From the NCBI GenBank assembly GCA_902530535.1, contig CACAAP010000003.1, positions 721 to 64,720 of the forward strand: a stretch of DNA of 64,000 nt. Direction: 5' to 3'. The DNA comes from an uncultured Candidatus Poseidoniales archaeon. Its GTDB lineage: Archaea > Thermoplasmatota > Poseidoniia > Poseidoniales > Thalassarchaeaceae. Positions 30,401 to 39,700 of this stretch are shown here, in pieces (position 1 is the stretch's first letter; every line of letters starts with the position of its first letter). Both the position numbers and the translations under genes were made by a program. A model generated the notes under the pieces. The model saw only the letters and a program-made list of their open reading frames with translations. It ran no database searches and was not told the DNA's origin.

Positions 30401-31135
30401 AACGACACCGTTGACGCATTCCCCTACGACCCCAACGAGTGGGACGACCTGGATGCCGATGGACTGGGGTCCAACTCCGATCTCGATGACGACGGTGACG
30501 GTTGGAGCGACGACGACGAACTCAGCATATGCGGGACCGACCCCCGTGACCGGCTCTCCGTCCCAGCCGACTTCGACGGAGACAGGATTTGCGACAACCT
30601 AGACGACGATGACGACGACGACCTAGTACTGGACTTCGACGACGCCTTCCCGAAGGACCCAACAGAGACCAAGGACACGGATGGAGATGGCATCGGAGAC
30701 GGCTCAGACACCGATGACGATGGCGACGGATGGGCCGATTCCACCGAGGTGGTCTGCCAGACATCCCCAATCTCCGCCACAGAAGAGCCGTCGGACTTCG
30801 ACGACGATGGGACATGCGACCTGATAGACCCAGACGACGACAACGACGGGTGGACTGATCTCCAGGACGCCTTCCCATTCGATAGCCTCGAGTGGGAGGA
30901 CAGGAACTCTGACGGGCTAGGGGACAATGCTCACCCTCTCACGATCATGGACAAGATGAAGCTGAACCCGGGAGTATCGATAATGGCAATCGGATCGGTA
31001 GCAGCGATGCTATCTGGAACACTCGCATTCTTCTTCGGGAGAAGCAGGATGAAGGAGCAATTCGACGACGACCGGGGTTGGGACGAGGGACCCGAAGAGG
31101 ACGACGGATACTACGACGAATGGGAGTACCAGTAG
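27410..31135 (+). CDS. giant secreted protein: five tandem PPC (pre-peptidase C-terminal) domains plus thrombospondin type-3-like Ca-binding repeat array, then TM anchor and acidic tail (start probably ATG 27467)
   Basis: Five ~125-aa repeats, each QNDAGxGGDAGD...D.SD.Y...VP......DFDLYLYD...G.YNLTI (PPC signature DxDLYLYD) at about 27540-29480. Then about 30 copies of DxDGDGxGDNxDxDDDNDG (TSP3-like) at 29480-30900. C-terminal GVSIMAIGSVAAMLSGTLAFFFG plus acidic tail. Confidence 0.8.
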   Translation: MFFAPFFTNLQYTRAYAITMGDTAATARALATILILSLISSIAIADDAGSGSDAGGSASTSTSLSATNSTYSGNLSATDTSDFYSISMPNGTGVSVGLTSPSGADFDLYLYDSGNSQIDSSLSTSSYDEVTSNGTSIGGTTVYIEARRWSGSGQYSLQVWIFSEPQAPTQNDAGTGGDAGDAATSATALNSSNQSVSGWISDTFDTQDWYNISVPSGNGIFVTMSFPNGSTSGSQLSLIESSATYYIQYDYSSPYEVSSNGSSVGGSYVYIRVLTNTDEGDYNLTITLFSTSGQPGSSQDDAGSGLDAGDSSSTALQINMTGNLSTFEGWVDNNWDTSDYYSVFVPNNWTTWASLSWTNSSADLDLYLYDSNQNTLSYSYYDNPETVSANSSSVGGTTVYYNVYAYSGNDVYYNLTIGLANLSSSPAYNQNDANSGGDAGDDVSTALDLANQNGTYYGWVSDTSDNYDFYSVQVPSSVAIEVELSWNNSANDFDLGLYDEGQSLIDSSVSDNPEFVESGSTDVSNTTVYILVQSVSGTWGNGGEGGYTLNITFVNQSAVPGLNQNDAYTGGDAGDEYSNATPLVNATTGFSVWPGYVDSGSDDYDYYQVYVPVDHGISLELSPGAGQSDWLTLALYDSSNSQIDSSLSSNPQVVSTNASGTFTGGENLVIEVWAYSGGDNYNLSMWIFTLDADGDGYYDQVEYSCGSDPNDNSSTPSDVDNDGICDPLDEDIDGDGVDNANDTFPEDANETTDSDGDGIGDNADTDDDNDGWSDSDEYTCGSDSNDADSYPDDFDADWICDVLDGDIDGDGYDNQFDSFDFDPNEWNDTDSDGIGDNSDGDDDGDGFNDGVEEDCLSDPLDPSSTPEDTDSDGVCDELDDDVDGDGIGNDLDDFPFDDSESTDTDGDGIGDSSDPDDDNDGYQDDFDAFPLDSSEWNDNDGDGRGDNADLDDDNDGWDDADEESCGTNPSLVQSAPQDWDGDRLCDVNDPDDDNDAWNDTVDAFPYDPNEWDDLDADGLGSNSDLDDDGDGWSDDDELSICGTDPRDRLSVPADFDGDRICDNLDDDDDDDLVLDFDDAFPKDPTETKDTDGDGIGDGSDTDDDGDGWADSTEVVCQTSPISATEEPSDFDDDGTCDLIDPDDDNDGWTDLQDAFPFDSLEWEDRNSDGLGDNAHPLTIMDKMKLNPGVSIMAIGSVAAMLSGTLAFFFGRSRMKEQFDDDRGWDEGPEEDDGYYDEWEYQ

Positions 31136-31140
31136 AATTG

Positions 31141-31172
31141 GTGTACTTTTTGCACCTTGTGTGTTTTTTTTA
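31141..31172 (+). terminator. terminator-like element after gene 27410-31135: GGTGT-ACTTTTT-GCACC then TTGTGTGTTTTTTTT
   Basis: Sits 6 nt after the stop codon. It has an oligo-T tract, typical of archaeal termination, and shares its core motif with 27407-27430. Confidence 0.45.
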
Positions 31173-31333
31173 CTGAAATATCAACAAATCATCTTTTCAT
31201 TGGATTTACATAAACAGGAAAAAAATAATGATAAAATTTACTTTATCCGAAAAAAACTTCCTAAACAGGTTATTTTATGAGTATTATTTTCCGGAATAGT
31301 GAAAAATTATCAAGATGAGCATTCTGAGAGATG

Positions 31334-31341
31334 TTTATATT
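31334..31341 (+). promoter_or_regulatory. archaeal TATA box (TTTATATT) for gene 31376-36721
   Basis: Lies within a 240-bp, about 28% GC spacer, about 35 nt upstream of the ATG, preceded by a purine-rich BRE-like AGATG. Confidence 0.45.
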
Positions 31342-31366
31342 TGATACAAGTCGTGATAGTCACTAA

Positions 31367-34300
31367 GTGACGCCTATGAATGAAAATGCAACAAGATCAG
31401 TAAATCTGACACTGCTAATGATTGTCTCGGTTTGCCTACCGATGCTAGGGGCCCTAGATGCCCCAGCAGAGCTCGACAGAGCCGGTGAGCGAAGCGAGAC
31501 CCTCGCCAACTGCCAGGGGAACGACGCCTGCAGGGGTGTGGATGCCGGTAACTCGGCTGATACCTACATCAACCTGACAGACGACTTCTCGTGGACCGGT
31601 GAGGAGACGATAACATATTACGGAGACGAATACAACGCCACTGGCTATTCGTCATCCAGTGCCAACAACTATGACGGCTACATTATCGATCTGCCCGTTG
31701 GGTACGGTTTCACGGCAGAAGTCGTATGGAACCACACAGGTGCCTCCTTCTGGCACAACTACGCCTTCATGCTGGCATTGGGCCCAGGTGACGGGTGCAT
31801 GGTGAACTACTTCGCCTGTGACTGGGGATACAACTACTACTCCCTCACAGGAAACCTGGTGATGGGTACCGATGGAGAGAAGGAAGGCGGCAACTACGGC
31901 GGATGGTACGGCGCAGACCCGCCCATTGACCTAGTTGGCGACTCCGCAGTCGTCATGGTATGGTGCTACTACTGCTTCCAGTCCGGAGTATCCATGGACT
32001 ACACCCTGAACATCACGGTGTGGACCGGTGACGGCGGACAGAAGGGAGACGTAACATCCCCACAGTACAACGTACTTCTGGACATGCCAGACGAGCCATC
32101 CTCATGGAGCTACCAGTCAGACACGTTTGACCTCAGCTCCGGAGAATCGGCAGACCTCGTCGTGACCTACTGCGACGTATGGTGCAACCCCGAGACGTCG
32201 ATAGTGATCACCAAGCCAGACTCGACCACGGATACATTCTACCTCCAGGACTACTTCACTGGGTGGCTAGCCACCTACTCCGATGCCGGAGAATACACCG
32301 TCGAGAAGATCGACACATACGGTGACGGCGGCATGGGGCTCACAATAGGGGTCTCCCTAGGTAACTTCAGCAGTCTGCTATCGGTAGACGATTTCGTGTA
32401 CGATGATATGGCGTCCGGACACGTAGACTCAACCGACACATCAGACATCTACGCTGTCTGGCTACCGGAGAACTACAAGGCCAACATCACCCTTCACTGG
32501 GACAACAGCGCAGATCTAGACCTGCAGCTTTACTCAGACTACGACGCAGCTACCGAGACCCTATCGGGGATGTTCGACTACTCGTGGTTCGACCAGCCCG
32601 AGTTCATCGACATCGGACAGCTGGGAGACGAGACAATGTTCTTCGCAGAGGTCATCCACTACAGCGGACCATCCTCGGGATACATCTTGGAATACCAGAC
32701 GGAGCCAGGCGCACCGCCACCATGCTTCTTCCAGGACGACGGTAAGGCACCCGGCGACGGGGTCTTCACCGGAAACGGGGAAGACGCGACCGAGGGCGCA
32801 TACGCCCCTGACGACACACCGACCGACGTCACCGGATTGGTGGACGCAGACGGAAACGGCGTGTTCCAGGGCATGATGTGCGCTGGATACGACGAGGCAG
32901 ACTGGTACCAGATCAGCGTCGCAGCAGGCGACGGAGTCTGGGCCATGCTGGAGTGGCCAGAGGGCATCGACTCAAACTTCAACGACACCATAGAGATCGA
33001 GGGGGACATCTCCTTCGGAATGTACATGGTGACCTCGTCGGGCTACACGTCCTTCGTGAGCTCCTCCTACGGGTTCCACCCGCAGACAGTGGCCACCAAC
33101 GAGTCCTACTCATGGACGAACGACCTAGGAGTGGACTCCACAGTGTACCTGAGGCTTCTGCTCAACGAGATGAACGAGGACTACGAGAGCAACTACACAG
33201 TCACCTTCTCGACCTACAACGCTACCGAGGAGCCCTGGCAGATGGCCTGCCAGGACGACGCCGGGCAAGCACCGATCGGAGGATGCCTCGACGCAGGCGA
33301 CAGCTACAACGAGCCAGTGAACCTGACAACGGTAAACCAGACATTCGAGGGATGGGGCCACGACAGCATGGATGCCTACGACTTCTACAAGGTCTACCTG
33401 CCCAACAACTACGCCTTCGAGGTCTGCGTGGAGTTCCCAGAGCAGAACGACATCGACCTAGGCCTGTTCTACCTGCACCCCACATACGGGTACTTCTACT
33501 CGATCGGGAACTCGTACAACGACAACCCAGAATGCGTTTGGGCACAGTACGACGACGCCGGACAGGACATCTACATGAGGGTCTGGACGGACCGCGGGTC
33601 CGGTGACTACGAGGTCACAATCACCCTGGCCACGCCCGGCCTCGAACCAGGCGGCAACCAGGACGACTGCGGAATGGCCGGATCAGTACCAGGCGGAGAC
33701 GCCGCTGACCTGGTCTACCCTGGCGCATGGAGCGGACACACCTTCACCAACGAGAGCACCCAGGCGGATCTTAACCCGCTCGACGAGAACGGGTCACTCA
33801 GGGAATACTGGGAAGGAGGCGTCTGCACAGGCTGGATCTCATACACATGGGACTCCTACGACATGTACAGCATCTCGGTCCCAGAGGGACACTACGTGAA
33901 CGTCGAGTACGACTTCGACCTAGAGGGAGAGGGCGACCCATCGACCTACCACCGCGTCTACATGCTGATGTGCCAGAACCAGCACATGCCATGCCAGTAC
34001 CCCGCCAATGGGGCATTCTTCATCGAGCAGGACTACGGATACGGCATGGACGTCATTGAGCAGAACTCCGGACTATGGCCGGTAGGCACCCTGCACAACG
34101 CCTCGGGCTGCGACACCGCATACCCGAACCCCGTGTGCGCGGCAAACGGATGGGACGCTAGCAACGCTGTGTCCGACACGGCCGGTTGGGTCTACATCTA
34201 CATCTGGACCTGCTGCAGCAGCGCCCCCGACCACGAGTACGAGATGAACATCACCTTCGCCCCGCTTTCGGAGCTCGAGGGAGGATCTCAGAACGACGCC

Positions 34301-36721
34301 AACTCCGGAATGGACGCAGGCCCAGGACCATCCACAGCGATACACGTCAACGACTACGTGAACGCCACGAACAACACGCTATCGTGGAACGGATGGAACA
34401 AGGCAGGCCTAGACTCCACTGACAGGTTCACGTTCGACGTGCCTGCTAACCACGGGGTCAACATCGACCTGAGCCACGGCTACGACGTCCCCGACGTCTG
34501 GATGATCCTGGACATCTTCGACTCGTCCTGGAACCAGATAGGAATGTCGGCATATGGGTCCGGAGGCCAGACCTTCAACACCACCACGGTCGCTTCGCCG
34601 GCCGACTCATGGATGGGCATCGGAGTGAGGAACTGGGGCAGCTACGACACCACGGGGACCAACTACACGGTCAACGTGACATTCTACACCCTCGACGCGG
34701 ACGGCGACGGCTGGCTAGACCAGCTGGAGATCGACTGCGGCACGGATCCGAACGACGCCAACAGCACCCCAACCGACACCGACGGTGACGGAGTGTGCGA
34801 CTCGCTAGACGATGACATCGACGGAGACGGAATAGGCAACGACCTCGACGAGATGCCTCTCGACGAGAACGGGTCCTCCGATCTGGACGGAGACGGAATA
34901 TCCGACGAGGTAGACCCAGACATCGATGGCGACGGATGGTCCAACATCGCAGAGCAGATCTGCCTAGGCGCAACGAGCATGGCGCACATGGACGCCAACG
35001 TCACGCCAGGAGACTACGATGGCGACGACCTGTGCGACATCACGGCGGACTCCGACCTGGAGCACAGCTCCGCCAGCACATACCTGGACTCCGACGGTGA
35101 CAACGACGGCACGGACGACGAGACGGACGACTTCGACTTCGACGAGTGCGCCGACACCGACACCGACAGGGACGGGTTGCCCGACTCCATCGACACGGGA
35201 CTGCTGGACGCATCTAACAACACCATCTGCCTGCCAGAGACCCCAACGAACCTCACAGAGGACACGGACGACGACGGCGATGGCTTCGAGGACCTGTACG
35301 AGATCGACTGCGGAAGCAATCCGCTGCTCGCAATGGAGATGCCAACCGACAACGACGGCGACGACGAGTGCGACGCACTGGACGTTGACGACGACAACGA
35401 CGGCGTCAACGACACCGACGACCTGTGGCCGCTGGACTACACAGAGTGGTCCGACAACGACGGCGACGGACAGGGCGACAACAGGGACATGGACGACGAC
35501 AACGACGGATGGTGGGACTCCTGCGACCAGAGCGCATGGATGGCCGCCCAGAACTCGAGCCTGAACACGCCCTCTCACGTGGAGGGAGTCAACTACTTCT
35601 CAGGACAGCCTGCTGGAATAGCCAGCAACTGCCCGGACAACACGGACGCCTTCCCACTGGACGGCGCCGAGTGGATAGACACCGACGGCGACGGAGTCGG
35701 CAACAACGCTGACATAGACGACGACGGACAGATCTCCGGAAGCGCCGAGGCCCCAGGAAACAACGACTGGACCGACGCCGAGGAGGCTGCCTGCGGAACC
35801 GACCCACTGGACCACACGAGCGTCCCAGCGGACAACGACGGCGACTACATCTGCGATGCGGTCGACACGGACGACGACAACGACGGCGTGCCAGACGAGC
35901 TGGACGCGTTCCCGACTGACGAGACCGAGGCCGCTGACGCGGACGGCGACGGACAGGGCGACGCAACGGACGAAGACGACGACGATGACGGATGGACCGA
36001 CGTCGACGAGGCATCCTGCCTGACGGACCCAATGGACACCATGGACGTCCCAGCGGACAACGATGGGGACGGCGAGTGCGACCTGACCGACGGCGACGAC
36101 GACAACGACGGAGTGATCGACCTGGACGACGCGTTCCCGAACAACCCGATGGAGAGGGAAGACACCGACGGAGACGGAATCGGCGACAACACCGACAACG
36201 ACGACGACGGAGACGGATGGCTGGACGCCCAGGAGGTCGCTTGCGCCAACGCAGGCGGCTCGGGCGACAAGGACTCGGCCGCTGAGGAGCCCGTCGACCT
36301 AGACGGCGACGGACTCTGCGACGCAGTCGACCCAGACGACGACAACGACGGCTTCCCGGACCCAGCGTGCGTGAACACAGGCATCGGAACGCCATCCCAA
36401 CTCGCGTACGTCGAGTGCGCCGATGGCGACGAGGACAGATTCCCACGAGACAGCACGGAGTGGTTCGACGCCAACGAGGACGAGCAGGGAGACAACGCAA
36501 ACCCAGTCACCCTGATCGACAACGTGATGTTCGATCCCGCCCCATACGCGGGTATCGCAGTGGCAATCGGTGCCGCTGGATACGGCCTGCTACAGCTGAA
36601 CAGAAACGCTGGACAGGGAACAGAGGACGAGGCCGAGGACTACACTGAGGAGTTCGAGGACTTCGACTTCGAGGAGGACGACGAGCCATCTGACGACGAG
36701 GAAGATGGAGAGGAGGACTGA
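31367..36721 (+). CDS. giant secreted protein (1784 aa), paralogue of the previous gene: PPC-like/P-domain-like beta domains plus TSP3-like repeat array, TM anchor, poly-acidic tail (start probably ATG 31376)
   Basis: Signal peptide MNENATRSVNLTLLMIVSVCLPMLGALDA. PPC-like units (DSTDTSDIYAVWLP...DLDLQLYSD etc.) to about 34690. Junction YTLDADGDGWLDQLEIDCGTDPND... is homologous to the same junction in gene 27410-31135. TSP3 array 34690-36500. C-terminal hydrophobic helix then EDEAEDYTEEFEDFDFEEDDEPSDDEEDGEED. Confidence 0.8.
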   Translation: MTPMNENATRSVNLTLLMIVSVCLPMLGALDAPAELDRAGERSETLANCQGNDACRGVDAGNSADTYINLTDDFSWTGEETITYYGDEYNATGYSSSSANNYDGYIIDLPVGYGFTAEVVWNHTGASFWHNYAFMLALGPGDGCMVNYFACDWGYNYYSLTGNLVMGTDGEKEGGNYGGWYGADPPIDLVGDSAVVMVWCYYCFQSGVSMDYTLNITVWTGDGGQKGDVTSPQYNVLLDMPDEPSSWSYQSDTFDLSSGESADLVVTYCDVWCNPETSIVITKPDSTTDTFYLQDYFTGWLATYSDAGEYTVEKIDTYGDGGMGLTIGVSLGNFSSLLSVDDFVYDDMASGHVDSTDTSDIYAVWLPENYKANITLHWDNSADLDLQLYSDYDAATETLSGMFDYSWFDQPEFIDIGQLGDETMFFAEVIHYSGPSSGYILEYQTEPGAPPPCFFQDDGKAPGDGVFTGNGEDATEGAYAPDDTPTDVTGLVDADGNGVFQGMMCAGYDEADWYQISVAAGDGVWAMLEWPEGIDSNFNDTIEIEGDISFGMYMVTSSGYTSFVSSSYGFHPQTVATNESYSWTNDLGVDSTVYLRLLLNEMNEDYESNYTVTFSTYNATEEPWQMACQDDAGQAPIGGCLDAGDSYNEPVNLTTVNQTFEGWGHDSMDAYDFYKVYLPNNYAFEVCVEFPEQNDIDLGLFYLHPTYGYFYSIGNSYNDNPECVWAQYDDAGQDIYMRVWTDRGSGDYEVTITLATPGLEPGGNQDDCGMAGSVPGGDAADLVYPGAWSGHTFTNESTQADLNPLDENGSLREYWEGGVCTGWISYTWDSYDMYSISVPEGHYVNVEYDFDLEGEGDPSTYHRVYMLMCQNQHMPCQYPANGAFFIEQDYGYGMDVIEQNSGLWPVGTLHNASGCDTAYPNPVCAANGWDASNAVSDTAGWVYIYIWTCCSSAPDHEYEMNITFAPLSELEGGSQNDANSGMDAGPGPSTAIHVNDYVNATNNTLSWNGWNKAGLDSTDRFTFDVPANHGVNIDLSHGYDVPDVWMILDIFDSSWNQIGMSAYGSGGQTFNTTTVASPADSWMGIGVRNWGSYDTTGTNYTVNVTFYTLDADGDGWLDQLEIDCGTDPNDANSTPTDTDGDGVCDSLDDDIDGDGIGNDLDEMPLDENGSSDLDGDGISDEVDPDIDGDGWSNIAEQICLGATSMAHMDANVTPGDYDGDDLCDITADSDLEHSSASTYLDSDGDNDGTDDETDDFDFDECADTDTDRDGLPDSIDTGLLDASNNTICLPETPTNLTEDTDDDGDGFEDLYEIDCGSNPLLAMEMPTDNDGDDECDALDVDDDNDGVNDTDDLWPLDYTEWSDNDGDGQGDNRDMDDDNDGWWDSCDQSAWMAAQNSSLNTPSHVEGVNYFSGQPAGIASNCPDNTDAFPLDGAEWIDTDGDGVGNNADIDDDGQISGSAEAPGNNDWTDAEEAACGTDPLDHTSVPADNDGDYICDAVDTDDDNDGVPDELDAFPTDETEAADADGDGQGDATDEDDDDDGWTDVDEASCLTDPMDTMDVPADNDGDGECDLTDGDDDNDGVIDLDDAFPNNPMEREDTDGDGIGDNTDNDDDGDGWLDAQEVACANAGGSGDKDSAAEEPVDLDGDGLCDAVDPDDDNDGFPDPACVNTGIGTPSQLAYVECADGDEDRFPRDSTEWFDANEDEQGDNANPVTLIDNVMFDPAPYAGIAVAIGAAGYGLLQLNRNAGQGTEDEAEDYTEEFEDFDFEEDDEPSDDEEDGEED

Positions 36722-36725
36722 TAAT

Positions 36726-39700
36726 ATGGAAAAAGCAACACAGACAGCAAGAACGCTGCTTATGGTGGCTGTGATGGTAGCGGCAGCTATCGTCCCAATG
36801 GCCCCAGAGGCAGTAGAACTACGAGATGAAGCCAGGGCAATGGGGGCGTCGATTTCGACCGACGTCACCAGCCTAACCCTAGACGAGGGCGGTTCGAATT
36901 GGTACGAGGTGTCGCTAGACGAGGCACCTGATGGCACACTGGTCATCACGCCCTCTTCCGACAACTCGGTAGTCACCGTTGATCCATCGTACATCAAGTT
37001 CACGAAGGTCAACTGGGACATGCCCCAGTACATCTGGGTCGACATAACCGACACGGATGACGACGGCGCGGACACCACGGCTACTATCAGCCACAGCATC
37101 AGCGGATCCGACACAGTGTTCGCCTCCGCGACCATCGGCGACGTCTCAGTCACGGGTACCGACTACGACATCGACACGGACGGCGACGGCCTGCACGACG
37201 GCCTGGACACCGACGATGACGGCGACGGCATCGGCGACGGCAACGACGCATTCCCCCTGGACTCATCCGAGGACACCGACACCGACGGCGACGGAACGGG
37301 CGACAACGCCGACACCGACGACGACGGCGACGGCACCGCGGACTCCGACGACTGGGCACCCCTTGACGACTCGGAGGACACCGACACCGACGGCGACGGC
37401 ACCGGCGACAACGCCGACATCGACGACGACGGCGACGGCGTGAACGACTCCGACGAGGACGACGGCTGCGACCTGCTCGTAGACTGCGACGGCGACGGCG
37501 TGAACGACGACACGGACGCCTTCGACTCCGACGCCAACGAGTCAGCAGACGCTGACGGCGACGGCGTGGGTGACAACGCAGACGACTTCGACTCCGACGC
37601 GACCGAGGACACAGACACCGACGGCGACGGCGTGGGCGACAACGGGGACGCTTTCCCCGACGACTCCACCGAGACTACCGACTCCGACGGCGACGGCGTG
37701 GGAGACAACGGGGACGCTTTCCCCAACGACGCCTCCGAGACTACCGACACCGACGGCGACGGCGTGGGCGACAACTCCGACTGGAACGCCACAGACTCCA
37801 CCGAGTCCAACGACAACGACGGCGACGGCGTGGGCGACAACGCGGACACCGATGACGACGACGACGGCGTCCTGGACGTGGACGAAGACTCCAACGCGAC
37901 CCTCGACTGCAGCATCCTATCGGACTGCGACGGCGACGGGGTTGGCGACGCTACAGACGCATTCGACGTGGACCCAGAGGCATGGGACGACCTGGATGGA
38001 GACGGCCTTGCCGACACCTTCCCGAACCTGCTCGTGAACAGCTACGAGACGATCCAGCTTTGCGGACCAGAGGGCGGCACCGAGTTCTACGACGCGACTG
38101 CATACTCTGACGGCCCAACGGGCGACTACCTCGCAGTTTCGAGCTCCGACGACGACTCAAACGGAAACAACTACGAAGACACGGAGTGCACTTTCACTGT
38201 ACCATCGGGCTACACGGCCGATGTCTACCTTCAGACTGCCAGCTACGGAAGCGAGGCTAGGGTCACAGTGGACGGCACAACCTACTCGGGCTTTTCTACA
38301 GGCTCCGACAATGACGTAGTTTCCCTATCTGCAGGGACATACACCCTGTACTACGAGGACTCATACGGCGACGGATGCAACCCGAGCTCCTACTACGGGG
38401 CTTGCTTCGTGCAGGTCAGCTACGAGAACCTAGTCGGTCAGGTAGTGCCATCCACGAGCGGATTCGGCACAGACCTCGACAACGACGACGATGGCGATGG
38501 CTTCTCCGACGCAGACGAGGACACCTGCGGAACGGACTCCATGAATTCCACCGACGCCCCCACGGACACGGACTCGGATGGCCTCTGCGATGCAGGGGTC
38601 GATGACGACGATGACGACGACGGCGTGCTGGACTCCGACGAGGAGACCGGCTGCGACCTGCTGACGGACTGCGACGGAGACGGCGTGGGCGATGCAACGG
38701 ACACGCATGACAACGACGCTACAGAGACCTCCGACATGGACGGCGACGGCATCGGCGACAACTCCGACGACGACAGGGACGGCGACGGATACCTGAACTC
38801 CAACGACGAGTTCCCAGACGACGACTCGGAGTGGACTGACAACGACGGCGACGGGACGGGCGACAACGCCGACACCGACGACGACACCTGCCCAGAGGCC
38901 GACGGCACCGACGATGACGGCGACGGGACAGCCGACCACACCTGCGGCACCTTCACTGGGCTCGGATCCACTATGGGATACGACTTCTACCCAGGCGACG
39001 GCGTTGCGGACGTCGACGACGCTTTCCCCATGACTCCCGCAGAGTCCGCCGACAACGACGGCGACGGCTGGGGCGACAACGCGGACGCTGACGACGACAA
39101 CGACGGAATCAGCGACGCACAGGACGACGACATGGACGGCGACGGCTTCACCAACGACGACGAGGACACTAACTGCGTCGGCGATGGCGGAGACTCGACC
39201 AGCGCAGGCACCACCCCGGACGACATGGACGGCGACGGCACCTGCGACTACCTGGACGACGACACAGACGGCGACGGCACCGACGACACGTCAGACGCCT
39301 TCCCAGAGGACGCGTGCGCAGACACCGACACCGACGGGGACGGAGACCCAGACACGCTAGTGTCCGGCTGCTCCACCACACTGACGGAGGACGGCAACGA
39401 CGACTACGATCCAAGTGCCGCTCCTACTCCCACTTCTGTCTGCTCGATAGGATCAGGAAGCTTCGCTTCCGACAGCTGCACCTTCACGGTAGCCGCTGGC
39501 GACGAGCTAACAATCGAGATGACCACCACCAGCTGGGCTAGCGAGGCAGGACTGACTCTGCTCGAGCCAGGAGAGACGGCAGCCACCAACCTAGAGCTGC
39601 TAACGACATCCGGTTCCTTCAGCAACTACGGCAGCTACTCCTGGACCTACACTGATGCCGGTGAGTACACACTCACCATCACGGACAGCTATGGCGATGG

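Noticed and set aside
29500-30408. Minus-strand 302-aa Ser/Pro-rich ORF, plus similar antisense ORFs at 30424-30927, 34684-35004, 35014-35415, 35845-36522, 37163-38017, 38438-38971, 39689-40690, 40835-41458 and 46208-47263
   Set aside because: They are the antisense reading of GAC/GAT/GGC-rich TSP3 repeat DNA (GTC/ATC/GCC = Ser-Pro-Ser). They lie entirely inside the long sense ORFs, have no start context and no domain. They are artefacts of codon-repetitive sequence.
35589-36500. Arg-rich 303-aa minus-strand ORF, with similar Arg/Cys-rich ORFs at 39679-40332, 40477-40992 and 46477-47532 and plus-strand out-of-frame Thr-rich ORFs such as 35019-35564 and 45547-46113
   Set aside because: These are alternative-frame translations of the same Asp-codon repeats (CGN/ACN frames). 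They are compositional artefacts, not genes.
36705-36725. ORF-track start at 36705 for the 3644-aa gene, overlapping the upstream gene's stop
   Set aside because: The ATG at 36726 directly precedes a canonical signal peptide (MEKATQTARTLLMVAVMVAAAIV) and is preceded by GGAGG. The upstream extension MERRTDN is probably not translated.
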